A DNA stretch of 15,521 nt from Fimbriimonadales bacterium (lineage in GTDB: Bacteria; Armatimonadota; Fimbriimonadia; Fimbriimonadales; JABRVX01). Of the stretch, positions 1 to 8,084 are shown one piece after another. The notes below the pieces were generated by a model. It made no database searches. It was not told the DNA's origin and saw nothing but the letters and a program-made list of their open reading frames with translations. The position numbers and the translations under genes were made by a program. The DNA is taken from positions 1-15,521 of the forward strand of contig BTVI01000060.1 of the NCBI GenBank assembly GCA_045862955.1, in the 5' to 3' direction. The stretch's first letter is position 1, and each line of letters opens with the position of its first letter.

Positions 1-621
1 AAGCATGCGACCGGACGCCGCTCCCTTCCGTGTTGGAGCGCCACGTTCCCACGCACACCCGACCCCGTCATGCTGAGCTTGTCGAAGCACGGGGTCGCTG
101 GCCGCAAGCCCTGCGCCTGCAGACGAATCCGTGCGTCGCTCAAGGTCATGCTTCGACAGGCTCAGCATGACGGTGTATGGGGGTTAGGCACAACCCGTGT
201 GCTTTCTTCTAGTGCCTCCAGAGCCCTCGGTCGGGGGCTCCACCTACGACAGGCTCAGCATGGCGGCACTTGGGCCAGGCAGGCGGCGCGGCCGCCTCTA
301 CCGCGATGGCTCCTGCAGGTGCGACCATCGTCACGGTCGTCATGCTGAGCTTGTCGAAGCATGCGACCGCTCGCCGCTCCCTTCCGTGTTGGAGCGCCAC
401 GCCCCCTCGCACACCCCGACCCCGTCATGCTGAGCTTGTCGAAGCACGGGGTGGCTGGCCGCAAGCTCTGCGCCTACAGACGGATCCGTGCGTCGTCCCA
501 GGTCATGCTTCGACAGGCTCAGCATGACGGTGTATGGGGGTTAGGCACAACCCGTGTGCTTTCTTCTGGTGCCTCCAGACCTCTCGGTCGGTGGCTCCAC
601 CTTCCAAGGGCTCGGCATGAC
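1..621. repeat. REP-like repeat field 1 (core GTCATGCTGAGCYTGTCGAAGCA) arranged as a ~357-bp tandem duplication
   Basis: Forward copies at 67-89, 339-361 and 424-446; reverse copies at 149-171 and 506-528; degenerate reverse copies near 242-264 and 599-621; partial copy at position 1. Segment 1-~264 recurs at 357-~621 (offset 356-357). The core can form a CATGCT/AGCATG stem. Confidence 0.9.
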
Positions 622-955
622 GGACGGGGACATCCAAGCGTGTCACGTGCCGCCTCTCGTCCGCGAAGAGCGAGCAAGGATACGAGACACTGCCACCCGC
701 CGTGGGCGCTGTTAGCTCTTCGTACACTCCCACTGCCCATGGAGCGCCGTGTCATCTGGTTACACGTTTTGCATGCGGCGCGTCAGGTCGATCCGCGCGC
801 GGTGAGAAGAGCCGTGGGGTGACAGTCTCTGGGGAGAACCCCGGTATCTGGTTGCGAGGGTTCTCACCGTCTGCGAACACCTGTAGCCTGTGTCCTTGTT
901 CCACACACCCTGTGAATGGGGACGGAGGAGTGTGCTCGTCTCTGGCGAGCCTCGC

Positions 956-1390
956 CTATTCGGGTGGGATGTAACCGATGGTGACGAAGGCGTTGGAGTA
1001 GATGCGTTGTTCCCCCGTTGCCACCGTTAGACAGAGTTGGCGCGAATCGATGGCCTCTCTCACCGCACCGTAGAACCCGAATCGGTCGTGCGGCGTAAAG
1101 GGCACATCCGGGCCGAGGATAGCTCGAAACTCGCTCACGATCGGTGGCGTGCTGCCGTCCGGCGGGACCACGTGCTCTAGCGCCTCGATGGGTACCACCT
1201 CGGCGATGAGATCCAGCACCTCGGTCACGGTGGGCTTGCCGGGGCTTAAGTTCAGGTAAACCAGCTTCCCGTTCGGCGGCGTGGCCATCGCGAACGGGTA
1301 GTTCAGGTCGGCGATGAGCACTTTCATGCCGTGCCCAGCTCCTGCGAGCGCAGCCAGGATTTCGGGATGTTGAAGGCGCGTTTTCAGCAT
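956..1390 (-). CDS. RbsD/FucU family protein (ribose pyranase / fucose mutarotase-like), 144 aa
   Basis: N-terminal MLK..LQHPEILAALAGAGHGMKVLIADLNYP and C-terminal TGEQRIYSN match the RbsD/FucU motifs; the length is typical. Confidence 0.88.
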   Translation of the reverse strand: MLKTRLQHPEILAALAGAGHGMKVLIADLNYPFAMATPPNGKLVYLNLSPGKPTVTEVLDLIAEVVPIEALEHVVPPDGSTPPIVSEFRAILGPDVPFTPHDRFGFYGAVREAIDSRQLCLTVATGEQRIYSNAFVTIGYIPPE

Positions 1391-1502
1391 GATTCTGGGT
1401 TCGGCTCCGCGGGACGCGCGTCCTCTCGGGGAGCGGCTTCGGGCTTTCGCGCAGAGATCGCAGAGCGGTAGCCGAGATTGCAGGGCGACCCACTGCCCTG
1501 CA

Positions 1503-1598
1503 CCCCCTCACCCCGGCCCTCTCCCCCGGCATCGGGGGCGAGGGAGGGTGCTGCCCCCTCACCCCGGCCCTCTCCCCCGGCAACGGGGGCGAGGGAGG
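1503..1598 (+). repeat. Two tandem copies (period 51) of a second palindromic repeat family, CCCCTCACCCCGGCCCTCTCCCCC..GGGGGCGAGGG (BoxC-like)
   Basis: 1503-1547 and 1554-1598 differ at one loop base. A related copy in the opposite orientation lies at 14758-14803. Confidence 0.85.
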
Positions 1599-1634
1599 CC
1601 GCATTGCGCTAGCACCACTGGGTAAGGTAGCCGC

Positions 1635-2825
1635 ATGAGCTTTCTGTTCCGCGAAAAGCTACGCCATCGTCTGCCCGAGCTAATGCGTCGTCATCAGATA
1701 GACTGCTGGCTGACGCTCACCCGCGAGCTCGCGCCAGACCCCATGGCCGACCTGCTAGGACTCTCCGGCGCGGGCGTGGCAGCCGGCGTCTTCGTGCAGG
1801 ATGGCGACAGGGTGCACGCCCTTGCGCTCGGGTCCGTGCTGGACGCGGCGTTGCTGAAGGAGTCCGGGGTCTACGATGAAGTGCGCTGCCCCTCCGAGCC
1901 GCTTCCTAAGGCGGTCGCGGACATCGCGAAGTCGTTCGGGGCACAGCGCGTGGCAGTCAACTCTGCGGAGCCTGCGCTAGCCGATGGGCTTTCGCACAAT
2001 CGCTACGTCGCCGTCGCCCAGGCACTGCGAGAGGTGGGGTTGCCGGAGCCATGCTCTAGCGTGGACATCATCACCGACCTGCGATGTACCAAATCGCCCG
2101 AAGAGATCGAAGCGCTGCGCGAGGCCGCCCGACTGAGCCACGAGCTGATGATGGAGGCGCTGTCCGCCAAGCACATCCAACCCGGTCGGACCACAGAGCG
2201 CGAGATCGCATCGCGACTGCTCTCGCGCGCCCGCGAAGAAGGCCTGACGCCTAGCTGGAGCCCCGCCTTCTGCCCCATCGTAAGTAGCGGCGAGACCCGA
2301 GAGCACGCCGCACCCTCGCCGACCGTGCGAGTGGAGCCTGGCCACATCGTGATCATAGACTTCGGGGTGAAGGTGCAGGGCTACGGCGCGGACCTCCAAC
2401 GCTGCGCCTACGTGGCTAAGCGAACCGAAGACAGCCCACCCGAGTGGGTGCTGCGGCTATTCGAGACCTGCCGCACCGGCATTGATATTGGTCTGGAGGC
2501 AGTGAGGCCCGGTGTGGTGGCCGGCGACGTGGACCGAGTCGTGCGCGAGTACGTCCTTTCGCAGGGTTATCCAGACTATCCGAACGCCACGGGGCACCCC
2601 ATCGGGCTAGTCGTACACGAGATCGGGCCGATGATCGCGCCGAAGAAGGAGGGGCGGACGGCACAGGCGCTCGAAGTCGGCCAGGTGTTCACGATGGAGC
2701 CGAGTGTGTACCGGAGCCTGGAGCATCCCGACCGGGTTCGAATCGGCTTGGAGGAAGACTTCGTGGTCACTGCCCGCGGCGCCGAGGTGCTATCCCCGCG
2801 CCAGACCGAACTGATCGTGCTGTAG
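1635..2825 (+). CDS. M24 family Xaa-Pro aminopeptidase / prolidase-like peptidase, 396 aa
   Basis: Pita-bread metal ligands are present in order: IIDFG, YGADLQR, GHPIG..VHE, TMEP, IGLEED. There is a creatinase/prolidase-like N-terminal region. Confidence 0.92.
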   Translation: MSFLFREKLRHRLPELMRRHQIDCWLTLTRELAPDPMADLLGLSGAGVAAGVFVQDGDRVHALALGSVLDAALLKESGVYDEVRCPSEPLPKAVADIAKSFGAQRVAVNSAEPALADGLSHNRYVAVAQALREVGLPEPCSSVDIITDLRCTKSPEEIEALREAARLSHELMMEALSAKHIQPGRTTEREIASRLLSRAREEGLTPSWSPAFCPIVSSGETREHAAPSPTVRVEPGHIVIIDFGVKVQGYGADLQRCAYVAKRTEDSPPEWVLRLFETCRTGIDIGLEAVRPGVVAGDVDRVVREYVLSQGYPDYPNATGHPIGLVVHEIGPMIAPKKEGRTAQALEVGQVFTMEPSVYRSLEHPDRVRIGLEEDFVVTARGAEVLSPRQTELIVL

Positions 2826-2885
2826 CTCGCCTGCTGTTGCCGCCCACGTGTGGGCCTGGAGTGGGCCGATTCTTGGCTCGTCTCG

Positions 2886-2891
2886 TATACT
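2886..2891 (+). promoter_or_regulatory. Putative -10 box TATACT for a leaderless dop transcript
   Basis: TATACT (5/6 match to TATAAT) ends 6 nt before the dop GTG at 2898. There is no clear Shine-Dalgarno and no -35 match. Confidence 0.45.
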
Positions 2892-2897
2892 TCGTAG

Positions 2898-4376
2898 GTG
2901 AAACGCTTGTTGGGTCTGGAAACAGAGTACGGTATCGCCGTCGAGGGGCGGGAGGTGCGCGACCAGGTGGAGGAGGCGGCAGAGTTGGTCCGCTCGTTCC
3001 CTGGTCCTTGCGTCCCCTCTTGGGACTACCGGTTCGAGGACCCCAGGCGAGACGCGCGTGGCTTTCGCGCCGAGCAACTGCGCACCGACCCCGTGGACTC
3101 CCAGTTCGACCGGCCTGGTACCCTGCCGGCAGAAGCGTTGCGCTGCGACCGCGTGTTGGCTAACGGCGCAAGGCTGTACAACGACCACGGTCATCCCGAG
3201 TACTCCACGCCAGAGTGCCTCTCGCTCGCGGACCTCGTCGCGCACGACCGGGCGGGCGAGAGGCTGCTGCTGCAGTGTGCCGAGGCCTACTCCGAACGAA
3301 CGGGCCGCAGGGTCCGCCTGTACAAGAACAACACGGATTTCCAGGGCGCAAGCTACGGCACCCATGAGAACTACCTGGGCCTACGGAGCGTGCCTTTCGA
3401 GCGGTACGCTGAGGCGCTGCTCGCCTTTCTGCCCACCCGCATCGTGTACACCGGCTCGGGGAGAGCGGGCTCGGACAGGCAACGCGAACCGGCGTTCCGA
3501 CTCTCCCAGCGCGCCGAGTTTTTCGCCGAGCCGATCGGAATCGACACTCTTTATCGCCGGCCCATTGTAAACACCCGGGACGAGCCTCATGCCGACCCGA
3601 ACCGATGGCGACGCATTCACGTGATCGCAGGCGACGCCAACATGCAGCCCTTCGCCACCGCCCTCAAGGTGGGCGCCACGAGCCTGGTGCTAGAGCTCGT
3701 GGAGGAGGGCTGGGAATGCCCGATGAGACTTGCGGACCCTGTACGGGCCATGGAGAGAATCTCGCGTGACGAAACCTACCGCTGGAACGTAGAACTGGCG
3801 GAGGGGAGCATCGTGGGTGCTGTCGCAGTGCAGCGCGAGTTTCTGTCGGCAGCAGCCGAGCGATTCGGCGGACGGGATGCCCAAACCGACTGGGTTCTGG
3901 GCGAGTGGGAACGGACGCTAGGGATGTTGGAAGAGGACCCGCTGCTCCTGGCCGACCGCCTGGACTGGCCCGCGAAGCTTGCTCTACTGCGGACCTTCAT
4001 GGAAGCAGAAGGCGTGGAGTGGGGTTCGGACCGGGTAGTCGCCGCAGACCTGGAGTATCATAACTTGGACCCCGAAGAGGGGCTCTTCTGGGTCCTAGAC
4101 ACCGAGCAAATGGTGTCCGAGGAGCGGGTTGCCGAGGCTGCACAGCGCCCTCCGGTGGACACGCGGGCTGCCCTTCGAGGGCGGTGCGTTCGGCGATTCG
4201 GGGAGGCGGTGCGCGAAGTCAGCTGGAGCGGCATGACGCTGGACGACGGAGCACAATCCAAGCGGCTGGACCTCAGCCGCATGGTCGGGGAGGTCCCGCG
4301 AGAGCTGGTCGATGCGGTCGAAGGCGCGGAGTCGTTGGAGGAATTTTTGCGGATAGCATCGGGGAGTGCGAAATGA
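2898..4376 (+). CDS. dop: Dop/PafA2-type deamidase/depupylase of the Pup-like system, 492 aa
   Basis: GLETEYG, Dop-loop WDYRFEDPRRDARGF, NGARLYNDHGHPEYSTPEC, KNNTD..GASYGTHENY, RPIVNTRDEPHAD, RIHVIAGDAN, DLEYH. It lies immediately upstream of the modifier gene. Confidence 0.92.
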   Translation: MKRLLGLETEYGIAVEGREVRDQVEEAAELVRSFPGPCVPSWDYRFEDPRRDARGFRAEQLRTDPVDSQFDRPGTLPAEALRCDRVLANGARLYNDHGHPEYSTPECLSLADLVAHDRAGERLLLQCAEAYSERTGRRVRLYKNNTDFQGASYGTHENYLGLRSVPFERYAEALLAFLPTRIVYTGSGRAGSDRQREPAFRLSQRAEFFAEPIGIDTLYRRPIVNTRDEPHADPNRWRRIHVIAGDANMQPFATALKVGATSLVLELVEEGWECPMRLADPVRAMERISRDETYRWNVELAEGSIVGAVAVQREFLSAAAERFGGRDAQTDWVLGEWERTLGMLEEDPLLLADRLDWPAKLALLRTFMEAEGVEWGSDRVVAADLEYHNLDPEEGLFWVLDTEQMVSEERVAEAAQRPPVDTRAALRGRCVRRFGEAVREVSWSGMTLDDGAQSKRLDLSRMVGEVPRELVDAVEGAESLEEFLRIASGSAK

Positions 4377-4561
4377 CAGTATTGGGACAGGAGCGCAGGA
4401 CGATACCCAAGCCGTTCGAGCGCACCACTAAGCCGGACGAAGGGGACGGCCCGAGCAAGCCGGACGTGCGCAGACCGGGCGGCTCGGACGAGCTGCTGAA
4501 GCGGTTGCGCAAGATCGACCCCGACCAAGCGAAGCGGTATCGGCAGCGAAGCGGCGAGTGA
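4373..4561 (+). CDS. ubact: UBact-type prokaryotic ubiquitin-like modifier, 62 aa (MTVLGQERR...AKRYRQRSGE)
   Basis: ATG at 4373 overlaps the dop stop (ATGA), with GGGGAG upstream. The sequence is low-complexity and charged, and ends in RQRSGE, matching the UBact R[ST]G[EQ] tail. It occupies the pup position between dop and prcB. The ORF track start at 4184 is an over-extension. Confidence 0.9.
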   Translation: MTVLGQERRTIPKPFERTTKPDEGDGPSKPDVRRPGGSDELLKRLRKIDPDQAKRYRQRSGE

Positions 4562-5331
4562 ACGGCGACTTCCACGAACTGCTCAAGAGTGAGGGCAGGC
4601 TGCCGGAGTTCCACAGGTTCGTCGGCCCCGCGGCGCCCGAGGAGATTCACGGCACCACCGTGCTCGCGATGCGCTATAAGGATGGCGTGCTGAACCTGGG
4701 TGACCGGAGGGCCACCACCGCCAACCTCGTGATGTACGACCGGGCCGAGAAGATCCTGCCGCTGGACGACTTTACGCTGATTGCGGTCGCGGGCGCGTTC
4801 GGCAAGGCGATGGAAGTGGTGCGCTATCTTCAGCACTCGTTCAAGTACTTCGCTCGCACGCAGCTACACCAGATCAGCCTGGAAGGGAAGCTGCAGGAAG
4901 TGAGCCGAGCCCTCGCGGGCAACCTACCGAACGCCTTGCAGGGCATCGGCTTGTTTATCCCCGTGCTAAGCGCGTGGGACGAGCGGGAGAATGCCGGGCG
5001 CATCTTCTTTTACGACGGGTCGGGTGCGCGTTTCGAGTCGGGAGATTTCGGAGCCGCTGGTTCGGGCTCGGAGCGCATCCGCGGGGCGTTTCACTACATC
5101 GAACGCGTGAAGGGGCCGTTCCACGAGCGCCCCTTCGACGAGGTGCTGGCCGATGGCCTTCGCCTGCTGGACATAGCCGCAGAGCTGGATAGCGCAACCG
5201 CGGGCTACGCCAAGATCCTGCCGACTGCCAAGACCGTCGGACCCGAGGGAGTGCGCGAGGTGAGCGAGGAGACCTTGCGGGCTGCCATCGAAAGCTTGGA
5301 CCAACCGGCGAAGGGAAGGAAGCGAGCGTGA
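4558..5331 (+). CDS. prcB: 20S proteasome beta subunit, 257 aa, with a 32-aa propeptide
   Basis: HG|TTVLA autoprocessing site; mature Thr1, Asp17 (GDRRAT) and Lys33 are present, plus GSGS. GTG overlaps the ubact stop (GTGA). Confidence 0.93.
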   Translation: MNGDFHELLKSEGRLPEFHRFVGPAAPEEIHGTTVLAMRYKDGVLNLGDRRATTANLVMYDRAEKILPLDDFTLIAVAGAFGKAMEVVRYLQHSFKYFARTQLHQISLEGKLQEVSRALAGNLPNALQGIGLFIPVLSAWDERENAGRIFFYDGSGARFESGDFGAAGSGSERIRGAFHYIERVKGPFHERPFDEVLADGLRLLDIAAELDSATAGYAKILPTAKTVGPEGVREVSEETLRAAIESLDQPAKGRKRA

Positions 5332-6080
5332 TCACGCCCTACGATTGGCAACAGAGCATCGCGCAGCGGGCGCAGTACGTGGAGGGCAGGCTGCAGGGCG
5401 GTAGCCCGGTGGTCGGCCTGAGCTGCCGCCAAGGCGTGTTGCTCGCTACGGTCCGGGCCGGCGTTCGAAAGGTGTTCGAGGTGTACGACCGGTTGATATG
5501 TGCGGGTATCGGGAGCCAAGCCGATCTGGAGGCAGTGCGCCTGCGGGCGATAGACTTCGCGCACACGGAAGGCTTCGTGCGTAGCGAAGACGACGTCACA
5601 GTACAGCGTGTGGTCGGGTTCGCTCTCAGCCCAACGCTCAAGCGCGCTTTCGCCGACCCCATGACCGCACCTTTCGTCGCGCGAACCGTCTTCGCCGAGA
5701 TGGGAGACAGTCAGGAGCGTGACAGTTTCTATGTGCTGAACTTCGACGGGGAATACACCCCCTATTCCGGCAGCGTGATCATTGCGGGCTCGCGCGCGGG
5801 TGAGGAGGCGGGACGGATCTTTTTGGCCGAGAGCGAGGTCGCAGATAGTCCGGACCAGGCAGCGCGCACCGCGCTATTAGCCTGGGCGGCGGCAAGGCTC
5901 GCTCAAGAGGACTCGGACAAGAGCTCCCCAACCCGGGAGGATTCGGCTGCTCGACTTCGGAGCGAGCTGGAAAACGCGACACCCGAGGTCGGCTGGCTGG
6001 AGCGCGACACCCCGCGCCAGAGCAAGTTCTCCCTGTGGAGCCGCGAGCGGATCGAGCAGGCGCTCGGCGATCTGAAGTGA
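5328..6080 (+). CDS. prcA: 20S proteasome alpha subunit, 250 aa
   Basis: ITPYDW..R..YVE..L..GSPVV, RKVFEVYDR, GIGSQADLE, G..RSEDDVT, typical of bacterial PrcA. GTGA overlap with prcB. Confidence 0.9.
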   Translation: MITPYDWQQSIAQRAQYVEGRLQGGSPVVGLSCRQGVLLATVRAGVRKVFEVYDRLICAGIGSQADLEAVRLRAIDFAHTEGFVRSEDDVTVQRVVGFALSPTLKRAFADPMTAPFVARTVFAEMGDSQERDSFYVLNFDGEYTPYSGSVIIAGSRAGEEAGRIFLAESEVADSPDQAARTALLAWAAARLAQEDSDKSSPTREDSAARLRSELENATPEVGWLERDTPRQSKFSLWSRERIEQALGDLK

Positions 6081-7585
6081 GCCTCGGCAAGCGCGTCTAC
6101 GGCGTGGAGACGGAGTACGGCTGTCTCCTTCGCGACGATAACCTCGACGGCATCGAGCACGTCGTGGACTGTGTCAAGAACCACATCTTCTACCACTGCA
6201 AGCTCGGCGCGATCGACGTACTCGCGCGCAACGAGGCGTTCGAGCCCTCGCGAGCGGGTGGGTTCCTGCTGAACGGTGGCCGGCTGTATGTGGATGCAGT
6301 GGGCAGCCATCAGGAGTACGCTACGCCGGAGTGCTCGAGTCTGCGCGACCTGATCGCCTATGACCGCGCAGGGCATCTGCTCCTCTTGCGTGCGCTGCAA
6401 GAACTGGGATGGGAGGACCGGGTCTCCTTCTATGCTAACAGCGTGGACCACTTCGGGGGTCACACCTTCGGCTGCCACGAGAACTATCTGGTTACTATGG
6501 GAGAAGACTTCTTCGGCGAGCCGCTGCAGTCGCTGTTCCCGTTCTTGGTCACGCGTCAGATCTTCGCGGGCGTCGGTCGAGTGGGAGGCCACATCCTGGA
6601 TCGCACGAGGGTGGTGCTGGACCCTCGCACGGTCATGGAGAACCCCATAGACTACGTTTGGGTGCCCAATGTGTACAACGTACTGCCGGACGATAGCGTG
6701 CAGTATCAGCTGTCGCAGCGTGCCGATCACATCATTCGCGCGGCTGCCACGCGTGTCCGTTTCAACCGCGCCATCGTCAACCCCAAGTGGGACGATTTCT
6801 ACAGCTTCAACACGATGGGTCGCCTGCATCTGCTGTTCGGCGAAGCGAATATGTCCGAATACGCCTATGCGCTGAAGATCGGCACGACGTCGCTGGTGCT
6901 GGACCTGATAGAAGACGACGCGGTGCCCGAGGGTCTCGGCTTCGACACCGAGTCGGCGTGCATCCGCGCCCTCCACACCGTGTCGCGAGATGCCACGTGG
7001 AAGTGGCTGGTGGAGTTAGGGAATGGGACAGTGATAGGTGCGGTGGATTTGCAGCGGATGTATCTTGCCGCCGCGCAATCCCTGTATCGTGGCAGGGACC
7101 CGGAGACCGACTGGGTGCTAACAGAGTGGGAAAGCACTCTCGACGGGCTAGAGAAGGACCCCATGTCGTTGGGGGATCGTTTGGATTGGGTGGCAAAGCG
7201 ACAAGTGCTAGAGGCCTTCATGGCAGATGCAGGCGTGGGATGGGAAGACGACTCGCTGCACTCCGTGGACATGGAGTATCACAACATCGACCCGCGCAAT
7301 GGGCTCTACCACTACTTGCAGTCGAGTGGCAAGATGCGACGGCTGTGCAGCGACTTGCAGATTCTGGACGCGGTGACGGAACCGCCCGAGGGCACGCGTG
7401 CTCGTGGCCGTGGAATGGTCGTTCGGGAGATCGTAGCGCGACGGGTACACCGCTACTGGATCGACTGGGACATGGTGGCAGTGGACGGAGGCAAGCAGCT
7501 CGCCTTCCGTGACCCGCTGAAGACCTATCACCGTGAGGCCGAGACTTTCATCTCCTACCTCCCCAACCGGCGTGGGAAGGCGTAG
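6077..7585 (+). CDS. pafA: PafA-type modifier-protein ligase, about 502 aa
   Basis: GVETEYG, NGGRLYVDAVGSHQEYATPEC, FGCHENY, SQRADHI, LKIGTT, DWVAK, DMEYHNI, TRARGRG, DWD, DP; no Dop-loop. The likely start is GTG 6077, overlapping the prcA stop, rather than 6035. Confidence 0.9.
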   Translation: MSLGKRVYGVETEYGCLLRDDNLDGIEHVVDCVKNHIFYHCKLGAIDVLARNEAFEPSRAGGFLLNGGRLYVDAVGSHQEYATPECSSLRDLIAYDRAGHLLLLRALQELGWEDRVSFYANSVDHFGGHTFGCHENYLVTMGEDFFGEPLQSLFPFLVTRQIFAGVGRVGGHILDRTRVVLDPRTVMENPIDYVWVPNVYNVLPDDSVQYQLSQRADHIIRAAATRVRFNRAIVNPKWDDFYSFNTMGRLHLLFGEANMSEYAYALKIGTTSLVLDLIEDDAVPEGLGFDTESACIRALHTVSRDATWKWLVELGNGTVIGAVDLQRMYLAAAQSLYRGRDPETDWVLTEWESTLDGLEKDPMSLGDRLDWVAKRQVLEAFMADAGVGWEDDSLHSVDMEYHNIDPRNGLYHYLQSSGKMRRLCSDLQILDAVTEPPEGTRARGRGMVVREIVARRVHRYWIDWDMVAVDGGKQLAFRDPLKTYHREAETFISYLPNRRGKA

Positions 7586-7652
7586 CGGTTCTGGATCCTC
7601 CGCCTGCTCGGGAGTGGCGTCGGTAGGCATGTCAGGTTGAATGATAGCGGTT

Positions 7653-7989
7653 CCATGCCTAGACGTTTTCCTGTGCCTCACCACTCGCAGAGGATGGGGC
7701 ACTGGTGACGTCATGCTGAGCCTGTCGAAGCATGGGTTTCGCCATGCCTAGACGTTTTCCTGTGCCTTACCACTCGCAGAGGATGGGGCACTGGTGACGT
7801 CATGCTGAGCCTGTCGAAGCATGGGACCGCCGGCCGTACCTTTCCATGCCTAGACGTTTCGGCTGTCGTCTGCCGCCACGCTCTCGCCCGGTGACCCCCC
7901 CAGCAGTCGAACGTCGAGGTACCCAGCCGTCTCCATGCCCTGGCCCGCGTCCGCCAAGCGAGTGCATGCTTCGACAAGCTCAGCATGAC
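7653..7989. repeat. REP-like repeat field 2, between the convergent pafA and xerD genes
   Basis: Core copies forward at 7710-7732 and 7799-7821, reverse at 7967-7989. An 89-bp tandem unit starts at 7653 and 7742. 7752-7923 is an inverted copy of 14103-14274. Confidence 0.9.
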
Positions 7990-8084
7990 GGGAACCCCTA
8001 CCGCACCGCTTGCCGCGTAACGCCACGGCTGAACCTGCGTCTCGAGCAGCACGCTGCGTGGCACACAGCCGGCAAGCATGTGGT

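Noticed and set aside
70..822. ORFs containing MLSLSKH / MLRQAQHD / HAELVEA (also at 7711-8112 and 13594-15509)
   Set aside because: These are translations of the repeat core in different frames, with no protein-family motifs.
4184..4372. 125-aa version of the modifier ORF
   Set aside because: The extension lies inside dop in another frame. ATG 4373 has an RBS, an ATGA overlap, and gives the expected size for UBact.
4373..4561. Calling the modifier Pup
   Set aside because: It lacks the Pup C-terminal FV..YVQKGG[EQ] pattern; the tail is RYRQRSGE, the UBact type.
5903..6976. Long alternative-frame ORFs (5903-6976 -, 7711-8865 -, 9411-10400 -, 11652-12431 -, 864-1604 -)
   Set aside because: Shadow ORFs expected in high-GC DNA. 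They overlap well-supported genes and carry no recognisable motifs.
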